Origin: an uncultured delta proteobacterium
GTDB taxonomy: Bacteria; Desulfobacterota; Binatia; UBA9968
Assembly (NCBI GenBank): GCA_963737905.1
Contig: CAVTUQ010000028.1
Location: 1 to 64,000, forward strand
Length of the DNA stretch: 64,000 nt
Direction of reading: 5' to 3'
The position numbers and the translations under genes were made by a program. The notes beneath the pieces were generated by a model. That model was not told the DNA's origin and did no database searches. It saw only the letters and a list, made by a program, of their open reading frames with translations. This document shows positions 50,017 to 61,305 of this stretch, in pieces. Position 1 is the stretch's first letter. The number at the start of each line of letters is the position of its first letter.

Positions 50017-51361
50017 GCCGCCTCATTTTTCTGTAGAGCGTTTTGTTGTCTACCTTGGCCTCTTTTGCGGTCAACGAGATGCTACCCTTGTATTTAATCA
50101 ACAGACTTCGCATATAGTCTTTTTCGCTATTTGACAGCCATTGTTTCAGGGAGATCTCTCTATCACCGTTCCCCGCGTACCATAGGTCGATAATACGCTG
50201 TGGGGGAGTCGGCAAATCGACATTTTCGATGAGGTCACCGCGGGACTTAACTATCGCTCGCTCCAGAATATTCTCCAATTCTCGTATGTTTCCAGGCCAA
50301 TGATAGGCCAACATTTGATCCAAAACTTTCGGCGCCACCTCTCGAATTTTTCTTTCTATTGCCACTGGATGGCGGCTCAAAATGTGATCCAGGAGCAATG
50401 GTAAATCTTCCAGTCGCTCACGCAGCGGTGGGAGCTGGATGGGAATCACATTGACGCGATAGTAAAAGTCTTCACGCAGAGTTCCACGGGCTAGGCACAG
50501 GGAGAGGTCTACATTCGTTGCCGCGATAACACGCATATCGATTTTAACTTTGCGATTACCTCCCAGACGTTCTACTTCCCGCTCCTGAAGAACTCGTAGC
50601 AGCTTGACTTGCATCGGTGCGGCCATGGCTTCGATCTCGTCCAAAAAAAGCGTTCCGCCGTCTGCAAGTTCGATCTTCCCCCCCCGGCTCTGTACTGCGC
50701 CCGTGAAAGCGCCCTTCTCATATCCAAAAAGCTCGCTCTCGAGGAGTGTATCCGGAAAAGCGCCACAGTTGATCGCAACGAATTGTCTACTTCTCCTCCG
50801 ACTCAAATTATGTATGGCACGGGCGACTAACTCCTTTCCGGTCCCCGTCTCGCCGGTAATCATGACTCCAGAATCTGTTTCGGCAAGAGATCGAATCAAA
50901 TCAAAGACTTTTAGCATCTTGGGGCTTTTGCTCAGAATGTTTTCGAGATTGTGCTCCTCTTGAACTCTTTGCCTTAATTCCCTGACTTCTTCCAGAAGAC
51001 GCCTTCTTTCGATGAGTTTCTCGCTTACGAGACGAATGGCCTCTGGTTGAAACGGTTTAGTGATATAATCGCTTGCTCCGAGTTTCATCGCTTCAACTGC
51101 TTGTTTGATGTTGCCAAACGCAGTGATCAGGATTATATCGGTGTCAGGATATTTCTCCCTCACATGGCGGGCTAGCTGAAACCCATCAATCCCCGGCATC
51201 TTCACGTCCGAGACTACGATCGCAAACTTTTCGTGTGAAAGTTTTTCAATTCCCTCCTCGCCACAGTTAGCCGTCGTAACTTTGAAGCCCTCCTGTTCGT
51301 AGAACTGGCCTAGTTGTTCCCTAAGGCGATCGTGGTCTTCGACAATGAGTACGCTATACAT
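49979..51361 (-). CDS. Sigma54-dependent response regulator (NtrC family)
   Basis: REC (IVEDH, SDVKMPG, KPF), GETGTGKE, ESELFG, GAFTGA, FLDEI, WPGNIRELEN, C-terminal HTH. Confidence 0.95.
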   Translation of the reverse strand: MYSVLIVEDHDRLREQLGQFYEQEGFKVTTANCGEEGIEKLSHEKFAIVVSDVKMPGIDGFQLARHVREKYPDTDIILITAFGNIKQAVEAMKLGASDYITKPFQPEAIRLVSEKLIERRRLLEEVRELRQRVQEEHNLENILSKSPKMLKVFDLIRSLAETDSGVMITGETGTGKELVARAIHNLSRRRSRQFVAINCGAFPDTLLESELFGYEKGAFTGAVQSRGGKIELADGGTLFLDEIEAMAAPMQVKLLRVLQEREVERLGGNRKVKIDMRVIAATNVDLSLCLARGTLREDFYYRVNVIPIQLPPLRERLEDLPLLLDHILSRHPVAIERKIREVAPKVLDQMLAYHWPGNIRELENILERAIVKSRGDLIENVDLPTPPQRIIDLWYAGNGDREISLKQWLSNSEKDYMRSLLIKYKGSISLTAKEAKVDNKTLYRKMRRHGLHKESFKDFG

Positions 51362-51412
51362 GCTGGTTTTACCGAGCTGGCACTTCTTGGTTTCAGGCTA
51401 GAGAAAATGTGT

Positions 51413-52615
51413 TTAGAAGAGGGACGATTGCTGCTCGCTTTCCATGGGGAGCGTTATTTCCACCTCGGTACCTTTTCCCTGCACGCTTGCAATCCGTAAA
51501 ATACCGCCATGTATCTCGATGAATCGAGATGCCATGCTCAACCCTAAACCGTCATGGTTCTTCTTGGAACTAAAGAATGGAACAACTACGTTTGTCAGAG
51601 CAGTTGCATCAATCCCGCATCCGGAATCTATCACCCCTATGGTTGCTACAGAAACGCCATCGTCATAACACTTTACTTTTGCTTTAAGCGTTACTTGGCC
51701 GCCCGCTTCTGTAGCTTCCAGAGCGTTTTGAAGAACATGTTCGATCGCTAACTCCAACAAATACGGATCAGCTTGAATGACGGCGCCGTCTACCGACGCA
51801 TGGATTTGACTGCAGAAAGCAATTCCTTTTTTATCGAATAAGGATCGCCGCGTCATGGCGGCGCCCTGGAGTATTTCCATTAACTCAACCCGAGACAAAC
51901 AGGTGGGAATCTGATTGAAGTCCGAAAACCCACGGGTGAGATCGATGGCCTTTTCCAATGCTTCTTGCAGCATTAGAGTTTCTCTGGATTCCGGAATTGT
52001 TCTTTTGAGGGAATTGACAACTAGGTTTAGTAACTGAAAATGGTTACCAATCTTGTGCACAAACCGCGAAATAACAGCGTGTTCCGCACCATTCAGCCGA
52101 CTGTTGCCATCCATTGGGACGATACAGCCTCGAACCACAGTCGTATCGTTTGAACGGGTTTTCCAAAGACTATGTGCAACCCAGACTGGTAAACCGCGTC
52201 CATCCTGTATGCGATGTATCAGCGAAGTCCTCCGATTGAGATGCTCCAGCTCGGCCAATCTCTTGGATAGCAAAAGAAGGTCTTCAGCAGGAATTCTTTG
52301 GTTTGAAAGCAGCCGGTTGCCGATAAGCTCTTTCGACTCTAGACCAAGCAGCTCAGAAATACTTTCCGAGACATAACTAAACTCAAGAGCGGCATTGCAT
52401 TCGTACAGCACACAGGGCAAAGATTCACCAAAAGCCTGTGAATGTTCGCACACGGATTGGCTAGATTGGATCATGGAATCTGATGCGGTGAACAACGGAT
52501 TCGCAGTCTCCGATAGTGACGACCGCTGGGACGTTAACTTAGCTTGTGGTCCAGGCACAGGAATAACTTTTCGATTTCCGTAAGCATTCGTATTTGGGTT
52601 AAGGCAAGGTGCCAC
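51413..52615 (-). CDS. Cytoplasmic sensor histidine kinase (PAS-like plus HATPase)
   Basis: H-box FVHKIGN, N-box QNALEA, DSGCGI, PFFSSK, GLGL; no TM helix; start uncertain. Confidence 0.85.
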   Translation of the reverse strand: MAPCLNPNTNAYGNRKVIPVPGPQAKLTSQRSSLSETANPLFTASDSMIQSSQSVCEHSQAFGESLPCVLYECNAALEFSYVSESISELLGLESKELIGNRLLSNQRIPAEDLLLLSKRLAELEHLNRRTSLIHRIQDGRGLPVWVAHSLWKTRSNDTTVVRGCIVPMDGNSRLNGAEHAVISRFVHKIGNHFQLLNLVVNSLKRTIPESRETLMLQEALEKAIDLTRGFSDFNQIPTCLSRVELMEILQGAAMTRRSLFDKKGIAFCSQIHASVDGAVIQADPYLLELAIEHVLQNALEATEAGGQVTLKAKVKCYDDGVSVATIGVIDSGCGIDATALTNVVVPFFSSKKNHDGLGLSMASRFIEIHGGILRIASVQGKGTEVEITLPMESEQQSSLF

Positions 52616-52901
52616 AACACCAATGGTCAGTCAAGGAAAAATGTTATGAAACTTTACAGTTAGACTAGTGTCAGCAAACCATGGCGCGTTGTCCACTAAT
52701 TTATAATTAGCAGTCTTTCCGCTGGAGTTCCCAGGGACTCTTCTTAGTGCTTTAAATATCTCCAAAAGGCAGTTCCAATCAGCTTTCCACTCGTTTTGTA
52801 CTTTAGAACAGCATCCTTTCAACCCCGGGTATAGAGACGCAAATGGTCGGCCTTATCCGCACAGAAGCGCTAGCCGGCAGCTAAAAATCCGACGCTCTGC
52901 C

Positions 52902-52920
52902 GCGCTCGATCGCCTCGCTA
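52902..52920 (-). repeat. Degenerate empty copy of the repeat targeted by the IS110
   Basis: GCGCTCGATCGCCTCGCTA vs reverse complement of the rejoined target, GCGCTCAATCGCCTCGCTA (18/19). Confidence 0.6.
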
Positions 52921-53626
52921 TGACTTGTCGCCGCACGATATACGTATATTGTTCGAGAGATGATCCGTGAAGCCAAATGGCGAATTAAGTTTTGCCGAAG
53001 TTTTCCCAAGCCGGAAGGCGAGTGAATTCAAATGAACATCAATACAATATAGAATTGACGGAGCTGTTCCTTGGTCACTTGTCTACGCACCGGACTGAAG
53101 TTGACATCGACAATACGAAATATCTGAGCGGACCAAAAGCAACTCGAGATCGGTCTTGGGAAGAATCATCGACTTCGATCACAGTTTTGCCTTTTACTCA
53201 AAACCGACAATATGATTCGGGAGGCCATGCCCGGCAAGATAACTCTTGAATAACGGCTAACTTGCATGGTTTCCCCAGGGACAGAAAGCGAAGTTTGTTG
53301 CAAAGTTGATCTGATTGTTGGTCCGACCTAACCAACGGGTCTGTACCCGTGGCACCGAGCATAGAACTCAAGGAAAACGGTGTAACCGAACAGATTTGCA
53401 AAATGACTGAAATAGGCTCAGTAACCCAAAGCGTTTTAGACGAGTTTTCTAGAGTGAAAAATGGAGTTACCTGGGTCCTTTGGGCATTCCTCAAACTCCT
53501 ACCATAAAGGTAGGACTTTGAGGAACCCCATTTACTCTCGGAAAATGGATCAATCATAGACGTGATTCAAGAACCATCTTGTAACCGTTCCATTACTTTA
53601 GCTTCCATGGTGGAAACTGATGACAG

Positions 53627-53642
53627 TGGCATTGTATTTGCT
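53627..53642 (+). promoter_or_regulatory. Putative sigma54 (-24/-12) promoter
   Basis: TGGCATTGTATTTGCT matches TGGCAY-N5-TTGCW upstream of the prsR-like gene. Confidence 0.7.
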
Positions 53643-53801
53643 CCCGGCTCTGGGACTTAATCCGAGGGTTTTAGAAAAATTGTCTCACTTTCGGTCGGAA
53701 AACACATTGGAAAACGATGGAAGGTTTCGACTGGAAGTAAAGTGCGGAATGAATATTTCACTACTCAAGCTCACGGAAACCAAGGAAAGGAACTGACATC
53801 G

Positions 53802-55202
53802 GTGAAAGCAAAAGTTCTGCTGGTGGATGACGAGGAGAGCATTCTTTGGCAAATGCGCTCGGCCCTTGAAGCCGAGTATGACGTTTTTATCGCGTCCAAC
53901 GAGAGCGAAGCACTAACAACATTTGAGCGTGAACGGACCGCGGTGGTCACATTGGATCTCTCTCTGAATCCAGGAAATCCGGAAGATTTAGGTGGCCTCG
54001 GGTTACTGGAACGCATCTTAGTTAAGGAACCATCTACCAGGGTGATCGTCGTCACGGGTAACCATGATCAGACCACCGCCTTGCGGGCGGTTCGTTTGGG
54101 AGCTTTCGACTACTATTCCAAACCAGTACGTTTGGAAGATCTGAAAGTCATGATCCAGCGGGCCTGCCACATATACCGAATCTACCAACGGCTAGACTAC
54201 AATTACACGGGCTCCAAGAATGAGTTTCATGGGATTATCGGCAGTTCGAAGGGCATGCAAGACATCTTCCGTTTTATTGAGCGAGTTGCCCTTTCCGATA
54301 TCTCGGTGCTGATAGGAGGCGAGAGCGGCACCGGCAAAGAACTCGTCGCCCATGCTATCCATCGACAAAGCCAGCGGAAGAATAACCCGTTCGTTGTTGT
54401 CAATTGCGGCGCCATTCCAGAGAATCTGCTTGAGAGCGAACTCTTTGGACACGAGAAAGGCGCTTTCACCGGTGCTTACACACAAAAAAAAGGCAAATTT
54501 GAGCTAGCGCACACAGGCACCTTGTTCTTGGACGAAATTGGGGAATTGGTTCCTACTCTCCAAGTTAAGCTTCTGCGCTTTTTACAGGACCGCAAGATAG
54601 AAAGAGTCGGTGGCAATCAACCTGTTGAGGTCGATGTCAGAATTATCGCCGCCACCAACCGAGACCTCAAGCAAGACATTGAGAATCGGCTGTTTCGTGA
54701 AGATCTGTACTATCGGCTCAAAGTCGTGCCGTTGGAAATCCCAGCGCTCCGTGAAAGGAGGGATGACATCGTTTCATTGACACAGTATTTCTTGAGAAAA
54801 TATTGTCGGGAAAATCATAAACCGCTTATCAGCTTGTCATCGGAAGCGGAAGCAGCACTCCTGGTGCATCCCTGGCCGGGCAACGTTCGAGAGCTCGAGA
54901 ATGTGATCAACCGGGCGGTTGTCCTCAGCTCTTATCCGGTCTTGAAGCCCGGAGATCTAGGACTCCAATTGGAGCGGGGGCCATCAGACGTTAATCTGAA
55001 GTTTGCAAAAACGGCGATGGAAATAGATTATATCAAGAGAGCGCTTTCGCGAAACAAAGGTGTGGTGAGTCGGGCAGCAAAAGACCTCGGCATTAGTCGA
55101 GTGAATCTCTACGAACTCATCGACAAATACAAAATACATATTCAAGAATTCAAACCGACGCGCCCAGCCCGGCAACAAAACATGACTCGGGAGGTCTCCT
55201 AG
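53802..55202 (+). CDS. prsR: PEP-CTERM-box response regulator-like sigma54 activator
   Basis: VVTLDLSL..P, VIVVTGN, GAFDYYSKP, GESGTGKE, GAFTGA, WPGNVRELEN, HTH; GTG 53802 with AGGA RBS (alternative start 53742). Confidence 0.8.
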   Translation: MKAKVLLVDDEESILWQMRSALEAEYDVFIASNESEALTTFERERTAVVTLDLSLNPGNPEDLGGLGLLERILVKEPSTRVIVVTGNHDQTTALRAVRLGAFDYYSKPVRLEDLKVMIQRACHIYRIYQRLDYNYTGSKNEFHGIIGSSKGMQDIFRFIERVALSDISVLIGGESGTGKELVAHAIHRQSQRKNNPFVVVNCGAIPENLLESELFGHEKGAFTGAYTQKKGKFELAHTGTLFLDEIGELVPTLQVKLLRFLQDRKIERVGGNQPVEVDVRIIAATNRDLKQDIENRLFREDLYYRLKVVPLEIPALRERRDDIVSLTQYFLRKYCRENHKPLISLSSEAEAALLVHPWPGNVRELENVINRAVVLSSYPVLKPGDLGLQLERGPSDVNLKFAKTAMEIDYIKRALSRNKGVVSRAAKDLGISRVNLYELIDKYKIHIQEFKPTRPARQQNMTREVS

Positions 55203-55203
55203 T

Positions 55204-56610
55204 TTGGAAACTCTAAGAGCGAAGTTACAAGAGCGCAACGCCACCGCCGCGGTGATCGGCTTAGGTTATGTGGGCCTGCCTTTGGCTCTAGAGATCGCTT
55301 CAGCCGGCTTCAAGGTCGTGGGTATCGATCTCGATCAGAATAAGATTGCGGCGCTGAACGCAGGGAAATCTTATATTGGGGACGCGTCCGATAAAGCCGT
55401 CATCGCAGCAGTCGAAAGCGGGCGGTTCTTGCCTACCTTGGATTTTGCAGCGTTGGGTGATGTCGATACGGTCAGCATCTGCGTTCCCACGCCATTGAGC
55501 AAAAGCCGCGATCCGGACATTTCTTTCATACTGGCCGCAACCGAACAGATTCGGAAGACCTTGCACACGGGCCAGCTCATTGTGTTGGAAAGCACGACCT
55601 ATCCTGGCACAACAGACGAACTGATACTTCCGGAGCTCGAAAGCTCCGGATTGCGAGTCGGAAAAGACTTCTTTCTTGCCTTTTCACCGGAGAGAATCGA
55701 CCCTGGTAATGATTTGTTCAATACCCGCAACACTCCAAAGATCGTCGGCGGCATCACGGAAGCGTGCACGGAAATTGCGCGCATTTTCTATTCTCAATTC
55801 ATTGAGCGGGTCATTGCGGTCTCGAGCACCAAGTGCGCCGAGATGGTCAAACTTCTCGAAAACACGTTCCGCAGTGTCAACATTGGGATGGTCAACGAGC
55901 TGGCGCTGATGTGCGATGTTCTGGGGGTGGATGTCTACGAGGTCATCGATGCGGCGGCAACGAAACCCTTCGGTTTCATTCCCTTTTATCCAGGCCCGGG
56001 ACTGGGAGGACACTGCATCCCCATCGATCCTCACTACCTGGCCTGGAAGCTCAAGGCGCTGAATTTTCAGGCGCGATTTATCGGTTTGGCAGCCGAAATC
56101 AACGGCATGATGCCCTCGGTGGTCACGACCCTGGTGGGTGAGGGACTCAACCGGTTTTCCAAGAGTATTCGGGGCTCGAAGGTCTTGGTTCTTGGCGTTG
56201 CCTACAAGAAAAACGTCAGCGACTGCCGGGAATCTCCGGCCCTCGACGTGATGCGGATGCTAAGCGAAAAGGGCGCTATCCTGTCATATAACGATCCGTT
56301 CGTTGCCAGTTTAAGAATGAATGGTAACACTTTGAAGTCGGTGGAATTAACCTCGGCCAATATCGCAAGCCAGGATTGCATCATCATTCTCACGGATCAT
56401 GGTGCCTATGATTTTCGGAGCATCATAGCCGGAGCCAAGTTGGTGGTCGACACCAGAAACGCCACGAAGGATCTGCAACAATTCAAAGATAAGATAATCA
56501 AGCTGGGAGCAGGGAATAATGTGGCGTCGGCTCCTAACTACGAAGACGAACACGAGAGCGTAGCGGCAAATCTGGCAACGCACCAAAGCGAAACACCATT
56601 CAATTCTTGA
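55204..56610 (+). CDS. UDP-N-acetylhexosamine 6-dehydrogenase (WbpA/WecC family)
   Basis: GLGYVGLP, ICVPTP, ESTTYPGTT, SPERIDPG, KLLENTFRSVNI, GGHCIPIDP, AYKKNVSDCRESP. Confidence 0.93.
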   Translation: METLRAKLQERNATAAVIGLGYVGLPLALEIASAGFKVVGIDLDQNKIAALNAGKSYIGDASDKAVIAAVESGRFLPTLDFAALGDVDTVSICVPTPLSKSRDPDISFILAATEQIRKTLHTGQLIVLESTTYPGTTDELILPELESSGLRVGKDFFLAFSPERIDPGNDLFNTRNTPKIVGGITEACTEIARIFYSQFIERVIAVSSTKCAEMVKLLENTFRSVNIGMVNELALMCDVLGVDVYEVIDAAATKPFGFIPFYPGPGLGGHCIPIDPHYLAWKLKALNFQARFIGLAAEINGMMPSVVTTLVGEGLNRFSKSIRGSKVLVLGVAYKKNVSDCRESPALDVMRMLSEKGAILSYNDPFVASLRMNGNTLKSVELTSANIASQDCIIILTDHGAYDFRSIIAGAKLVVDTRNATKDLQQFKDKIIKLGAGNNVASAPNYEDEHESVAANLATHQSETPFNS

Positions 56611-56668
56611 CGCCTGGGAAGGCTATCGTAGCCATCGCCAGTTGCGATAGGCTGTCAGGGCGGGGCGT

Positions 56669-59600
56669 TCACTTACCGCAGCACCGCTTAAATTTCTTGC
56701 CACTGCCGCACGGGCAAGGATCGTTTCTTCCTACTTTCTCGCCTTGCCGTCTCGCCTGCGAAACGGGAGCCGATTGGACGCCCTCGGTACCGCGACTTAG
56801 TACCACACGTTGCGGACGTGGCTGCTGCATCTCCACCTGTTGGGCGACACTCTCCCTGGCGATTTCTACGGTAAAGAGTTTCTGCACGACGTCTTCCTGG
56901 ACACGGTGAATCATCTCCTCGAACATCTCGAAGCCTTCTTTCTGGTATTCCTGGAGGGGGTTCTTTTGCCCGTAGCCACGCAACCCAATTCCTTCCTTGA
57001 GATGGTCCATATTAAGAAGATGATCCTTCCACAAGCTATCGATGGTCTGGAGCATGATGATTTTCTCCAGTTGCCGCAACATAGGCGTACCGAATCGTCT
57101 CTCTTTGTCCTCATAAGCTTCGGTGACTGTTTGGCTTGCCAATTCCGTCAGGCCGTCCACTGTTAAGTTATCCAATTCATCTGCTTTGAAGTCGACCCGC
57201 AGGTTAAACTGGTGGTGCAGCCCTTCACGCAAGCCAGGCAAATCCCAATCCGCGGGGTGAAGCTCTTTGTCGCCGTATCGCTCCAGGACCTCATCGGCAA
57301 GGTCATGAGCCATGGTTAGCACGTCTTGTTTCAAGTCCTCGCCCTTCAGCACCTCTCTCCTCTGGTTGTAAATCACCTCTCGCTGTTTATTCATGACATC
57401 ATCATACTCCAAGAGGTGTTTACGAATATCGAAATTGTGGGCTTCTACCTTTTTCTGCGCGTTTTCAATCGCCCGGGTCACAAGACCGTGCTCGATGGGA
57501 ACACCTTCTTCCATCCCCAACCGACTCATGATGCCCTGAATTCGATCGGCGCCGAAGATGCGCATCAAATCGTCTTCCAGCGACAAATAAAAACGCGACG
57601 ACCCGGGATCCCCTTGCCGTCCCGCCCTTCCGCGCAACTGATTGTCGATGCGCCGGCTCTCGTGACGTTCCGTACCTAGAATATGGAGTCCCCCCGCGGC
57701 GATGACCCGTTCCCGTTCATCGGCGCAGACTAGGTTGTACCCGGCTAACACTTCATCGAAGCGGTGGCGATATTCGTCGGGCGCTTTGTCCAACTGCTCG
57801 CGAATTTCCTCGACCACCCGCAGATATTCCTGGCGCTTGGTTTCATAATTGCGCTGTGCCTCTTGAATAGCCTGTTCGTAAGGCTGCCGGATCTCTTCGC
57901 ATTGGGCCTCCGCTGCCTCGTAGGCCTGGTAAACCCTATCATACTCGGCCACCAGCGAGGCATGATCTCCCCGTCCCAGCACCAAAAGGGCCCGATCGAA
58001 CTCGAAATCATTGGCCCGTTGCTCGTAGTTTCGCCGTTTTTCATCTAACGGCTCGAGTAACTCTTGCCGCTCGCCGTTTTTTTGTTGCCAGCGATTGATG
58101 CAATCGCTGAAATCCTGTCGTGCCTCTTCAAAAACTTCGTTCGTATTCCCATCGTCTCCATCCCGGGCTTGCAGAAGCGAAGCCTCGAGATCTTGCTTCG
58201 CTTGGAGGTAGCTTTCCGGAATCGGTCTCATGCCGTGCAGCGCTTCTATGAGCTCCGTAGCGGACAGATCTTCGTATCGTTCCCGCTTATCACGGAAAGG
58301 CGAAAGCTCTCTGATTTGCCGTTGAATTTCAGTGGAACGTTTCAGGGCGTCGCTCCGCTGCTGCTGGTACAGCTCGCCGTCTTTTACATAACGCTTTTCG
58401 GCCTTTTGGACCTCTTCGTCGTATTTCTCACGCAGCTCTCTCAACGCATCTTCGTAACGTCCCGCCCCTCCAACCGGCAGCTTAGCCGCCCGGCTGATCC
58501 ATTCGTTTTCCATATCCGAGCGGGCCAAGAAGTCCGGGTTGCCGCCGAGCAAAATGTCAGTGCCGCGCCCCGCCATGTTGGTCGCAATTGTGACCGCGCC
58601 TAATCGGCCGGCCTGGGCAATGATCGTCGCCTCCGCCTCGTGGTTGACGGCATTGAGAACATTGTGTTTGATGTTCCTTTTCTTGAGCATCCGGGAGAGA
58701 CGCTCAGACTTCGCAACGGAAGTCGTGCCCACCAAGATGGGTTGTCCCTGCTTGTGACGTTCTTCAATCTCTTGAACCACTGCATCGAATTTCTCATTTT
58801 CCGTTCGATAAACTACATCTGGATTATCGATGCGAATCATGTTGCGATGGGTCGGAATCACGACCACATCGAGTTTATAAATCTTTGTGAATTCCGTCGC
58901 TTCCGTATCGGCGGTGCCCGTCATACCCGCAAGTTTCTTATACATGCGAAAGTAGTTCTGGATCGTGATCGTCGCAAGTGTTTGGTTCTCTTCGCGAATG
59001 TGTACCCGTTCCTTAGCTTCCACCGCTTGGTGAAGCCCGTCGGACCAGCGTCGACCTGGCATCAATCGACCGGTGAATTCGTCAACGATGATCACTTCAC
59101 CATCTTTCACGACGTAATCAACGTCACGCTTAAAAATGGCGTGGGCTTTCAGCGCCTGTTGCACGTGGTGCAACGTGTCGATCTGCCGCGGATCGTAGAG
59201 ATTGTGCACGCCCAACAAACGTTCCACTTTGGCAACACCGGTTTCCGTCAAGGTCACCGAGCGGCTCTTTTCATCCACCGTGTAGTCGCCCTTGGCTTCA
59301 ATTGCGGCGCGATCCTCTTGCGATGGATCGCCTTGAATCACGGCACCTCGCTGCAGCTTGGGAATGATTCGGTCGATGATATAGTACTTGTCCGTGGACT
59401 CTTCCGCCGGGCCGGAGATGATCAGTGGAGTTCTGGCCTCGTCGATCAAAATATTATCCACTTCATCGACTACAACAAAGTTAAGCTCTCTTTGGACATA
59501 CTCCTCCAGAGAGAATTTCATGTTGTCCCGCAAGTAATCGAACCCGAACTCGTTATTCGTTCCGTAGGTGATATCTGCGCGGTAAGCTTCTTGGCGTGTG

Positions 59601-60268
59601 ATCGCCCGCAGGTTGAGGTAGCGGTAATCCTTGGTCAAATAGCTAGGATCGAACAGATAGCTGGCTTCGTGAACGATGGAGGCCACCGACAGGCCAAGCT
59701 TGTGATAAATCGGTCCCATCCATTGGACGTCGCGACGCGCCAAGTAATCATTGACCGTAATGAGGTGAGCCCCTCGGCCGGTGAGTGCGTTTAGGTACAA
59801 CGGCAACGTCGCAACTAGCGTCTTTCCCTCGCCGGTCTTCATCTCGGCGATCTTACCTTCGTGCAGGACCACTCCACCGATCAGTTGAACGTCAAAATGC
59901 CTGAGCCCGATGGTACGCCGGGAGGCTTCACGAACCGCCGCGAAGGCTTCAGGGATGAGCTCTTCAAGAACCTCAGCTTCCGCCTGGCGCAATTCTTTGT
60001 CTGATTCCTCCACCCTGCCTTTTAATTCCTCGCGCTCCTCAGTATTGGCAGTGAGCGCCTCCTTCTGGACCTCTTCGAGAGCGCTCCGCAACAGATCAGT
60101 TGCCTCATGGACCCGCTTCTTAAACTGTTCTGTCTTATCGCGCAGCTCGGCGTCGGTAAGGTTTTGAAATTCGGCTTCTAGTTCGTTGATTTCCCTTACG
60201 TACGGACGAATGCGCTTGACCTCGCGGTCATTCTTGGTTCCGACAATCTTTTTAATCAGACTCAACAT
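56669..60268 (-). CDS. secA: Preprotein translocase subunit SecA with large insertions
   Basis: [63 protein letters not shown] motif [19 protein letters not shown]; 1199 aa. Confidence 0.97.
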   Translation of the reverse strand: MLSLIKKIVGTKNDREVKRIRPYVREINELEAEFQNLTDAELRDKTEQFKKRVHEATDLLRSALEEVQKEALTANTEEREELKGRVEESDKELRQAEAEVLEELIPEAFAAVREASRRTIGLRHFDVQLIGGVVLHEGKIAEMKTGEGKTLVATLPLYLNALTGRGAHLITVNDYLARRDVQWMGPIYHKLGLSVASIVHEASYLFDPSYLTKDYRYLNLRAITRQEAYRADITYGTNNEFGFDYLRDNMKFSLEEYVQRELNFVVVDEVDNILIDEARTPLIISGPAEESTDKYYIIDRIIPKLQRGAVIQGDPSQEDRAAIEAKGDYTVDEKSRSVTLTETGVAKVERLLGVHNLYDPRQIDTLHHVQQALKAHAIFKRDVDYVVKDGEVIIVDEFTGRLMPGRRWSDGLHQAVEAKERVHIREENQTLATITIQNYFRMYKKLAGMTGTADTEATEFTKIYKLDVVVIPTHRNMIRIDNPDVVYRTENEKFDAVVQEIEERHKQGQPILVGTTSVAKSERLSRMLKKRNIKHNVLNAVNHEAEATIIAQAGRLGAVTIATNMAGRGTDILLGGNPDFLARSDMENEWISRAAKLPVGGAGRYEDALRELREKYDEEVQKAEKRYVKDGELYQQQRSDALKRSTEIQRQIRELSPFRDKRERYEDLSATELIEALHGMRPIPESYLQAKQDLEASLLQARDGDDGNTNEVFEEARQDFSDCINRWQQKNGERQELLEPLDEKRRNYEQRANDFEFDRALLVLGRGDHASLVAEYDRVYQAYEAAEAQCEEIRQPYEQAIQEAQRNYETKRQEYLRVVEEIREQLDKAPDEYRHRFDEVLAGYNLVCADERERVIAAGGLHILGTERHESRRIDNQLRGRAGRQGDPGSSRFYLSLEDDLMRIFGADRIQGIMSRLGMEEGVPIEHGLVTRAIENAQKKVEAHNFDIRKHLLEYDDVMNKQREVIYNQRREVLKGEDLKQDVLTMAHDLADEVLERYGDKELHPADWDLPGLREGLHHQFNLRVDFKADELDNLTVDGLTELASQTVTEAYEDKERRFGTPMLRQLEKIIMLQTIDSLWKDHLLNMDHLKEGIGLRGYGQKNPLQEYQKEGFEMFEEMIHRVQEDVVQKLFTVEIARESVAQQVEMQQPRPQRVVLSRGTEGVQSAPVSQARRQGEKVGRNDPCPCGSGKKFKRCCGK

Positions 60269-60340
60269 TACAAAAGCCTGACACTCAAAGTATTCCTAAC
60301 CTCGTTTCGCACAAGCAAGCCGCTAAAAACCTTCGGTCAT

Positions 60341-60416
60341 CCCTTCGACAGGCAGCCCAGGGCGAACGGGGGGAGGGCTTCAAAACATTCAACAATTGCG
60401 GTTCCAGCTGAGCTCG
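60341..60416. repeat. Degenerate REP-like repeat (CCCTTCGACAGG..CAGGGCGAACGG type)
   Basis: Intergenic murI-secA; a related TTCGACAGGCT motif also occurs near 36250. Confidence 0.35.
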
Positions 60417-60497
60417 GCATCTTGCTAGGGCTATCGATAAAATACACGATTGTTACCGCCGGTTACAACCCGTTGTTAAATACGGCATTGAAACCGT

Positions 60498-61298
60498 TCA
60501 GCGTTCGATGCGCACTGCTGATTCCACTTTCTCACCCAGGAAACGGCGGCCGACCTTAATGAATCGATCCGGGGCGTCGGTGACAAAGAAACTGTGGACG
60601 GCCTTGCTCTTTTTTCTGGTTAACGCGCCCTTCTTAAGCACCGATTCCACCTCCTTCGCCGTCTCTTCAGCGGAATCTACCAACCGAACGCCGCTTCCCA
60701 TGAATTTGTGAATTGCTTTTTTGAGCAACGGATAGTGTGTGCAACCCAAAATCAACGTGTCGATGCCGCTTTGCTTGAGACTGCCCAGATAAGCCTTGAC
60801 CGTCATCTCTACCACTTCGTTATCGGTCCATCCCTCCTCGACCAAGGGCACCAAGAGAGGACAGGCTCGACTGTAGACCTCAACCCTTCTATCGGTTTCT
60901 TTCAACGCACGCGTGTAGGCGCCGCTTTGGATAGTCGCCTCGGTGCCGATCACGCCAACCTTATTATTCCTTGTACTCTTGATCGCCCTCCGCACGCCGG
61001 GCTCGATAACTCCGACTACGGGGATCGAAAGGCTATCTCTCAGCGGCGTCAGGGCTATCGCAGTCGATGTATTGCACGCCACGACAACTGCTTTGACTCC
61101 TTTTTGAACCAGAAATTCAGTATTCTCAAATGAATATCGAAGTACCGTCTCGACCGACTTGGTCCCGTAAGGGGCACGCGCGGTGTCGCCTAGATAAACA
61201 GTATTTTCTTTCGGCAATGTCTCAATAATCTTCTGAAGAACTGTGAGTCCCCCTATACCAGAGTCGAATACTCCGACCGCACTTTCTTTATTTGGCAT
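60498..61298 (-). CDS. murI: Glutamate racemase
   Basis: GVFDSGIGGLTV, DTARAPYG, VACNTST, LGCTHYP; ATG 61298. Confidence 0.96.
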   Translation of the reverse strand: MPNKESAVGVFDSGIGGLTVLQKIIETLPKENTVYLGDTARAPYGTKSVETVLRYSFENTEFLVQKGVKAVVVACNTSTAIALTPLRDSLSIPVVGVIEPGVRRAIKSTRNNKVGVIGTEATIQSGAYTRALKETDRRVEVYSRACPLLVPLVEEGWTDNEVVEMTVKAYLGSLKQSGIDTLILGCTHYPLLKKAIHKFMGSGVRLVDSAEETAKEVESVLKKGALTRKKSKAVHSFFVTDAPDRFIKVGRRFLGEKVESAVRIER

Positions 61299-61305
61299 CA
61301 GATGA

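Noticed and set aside
52604-52614. TGGCACCTTGC as a sigma54 promoter
   Set aside because: GG-to-GC spacing is 6 nt rather than the required 10.
52992-53557. Short ORFs in the regulatory intergenic region
   Set aside because: No motifs or clear RBS; they overlap on opposite strands.
57700-58535. SecA insertion as an intein
   Set aside because: No N-terminal Cys/Ser block, no His-Asn end, no LAGLIDADG motif; composition is coiled-coil-like.
58640-59794. 384-aa plus-strand ORF
   Set aside because: Antisense shadow of conserved secA, with no recognisable motifs.
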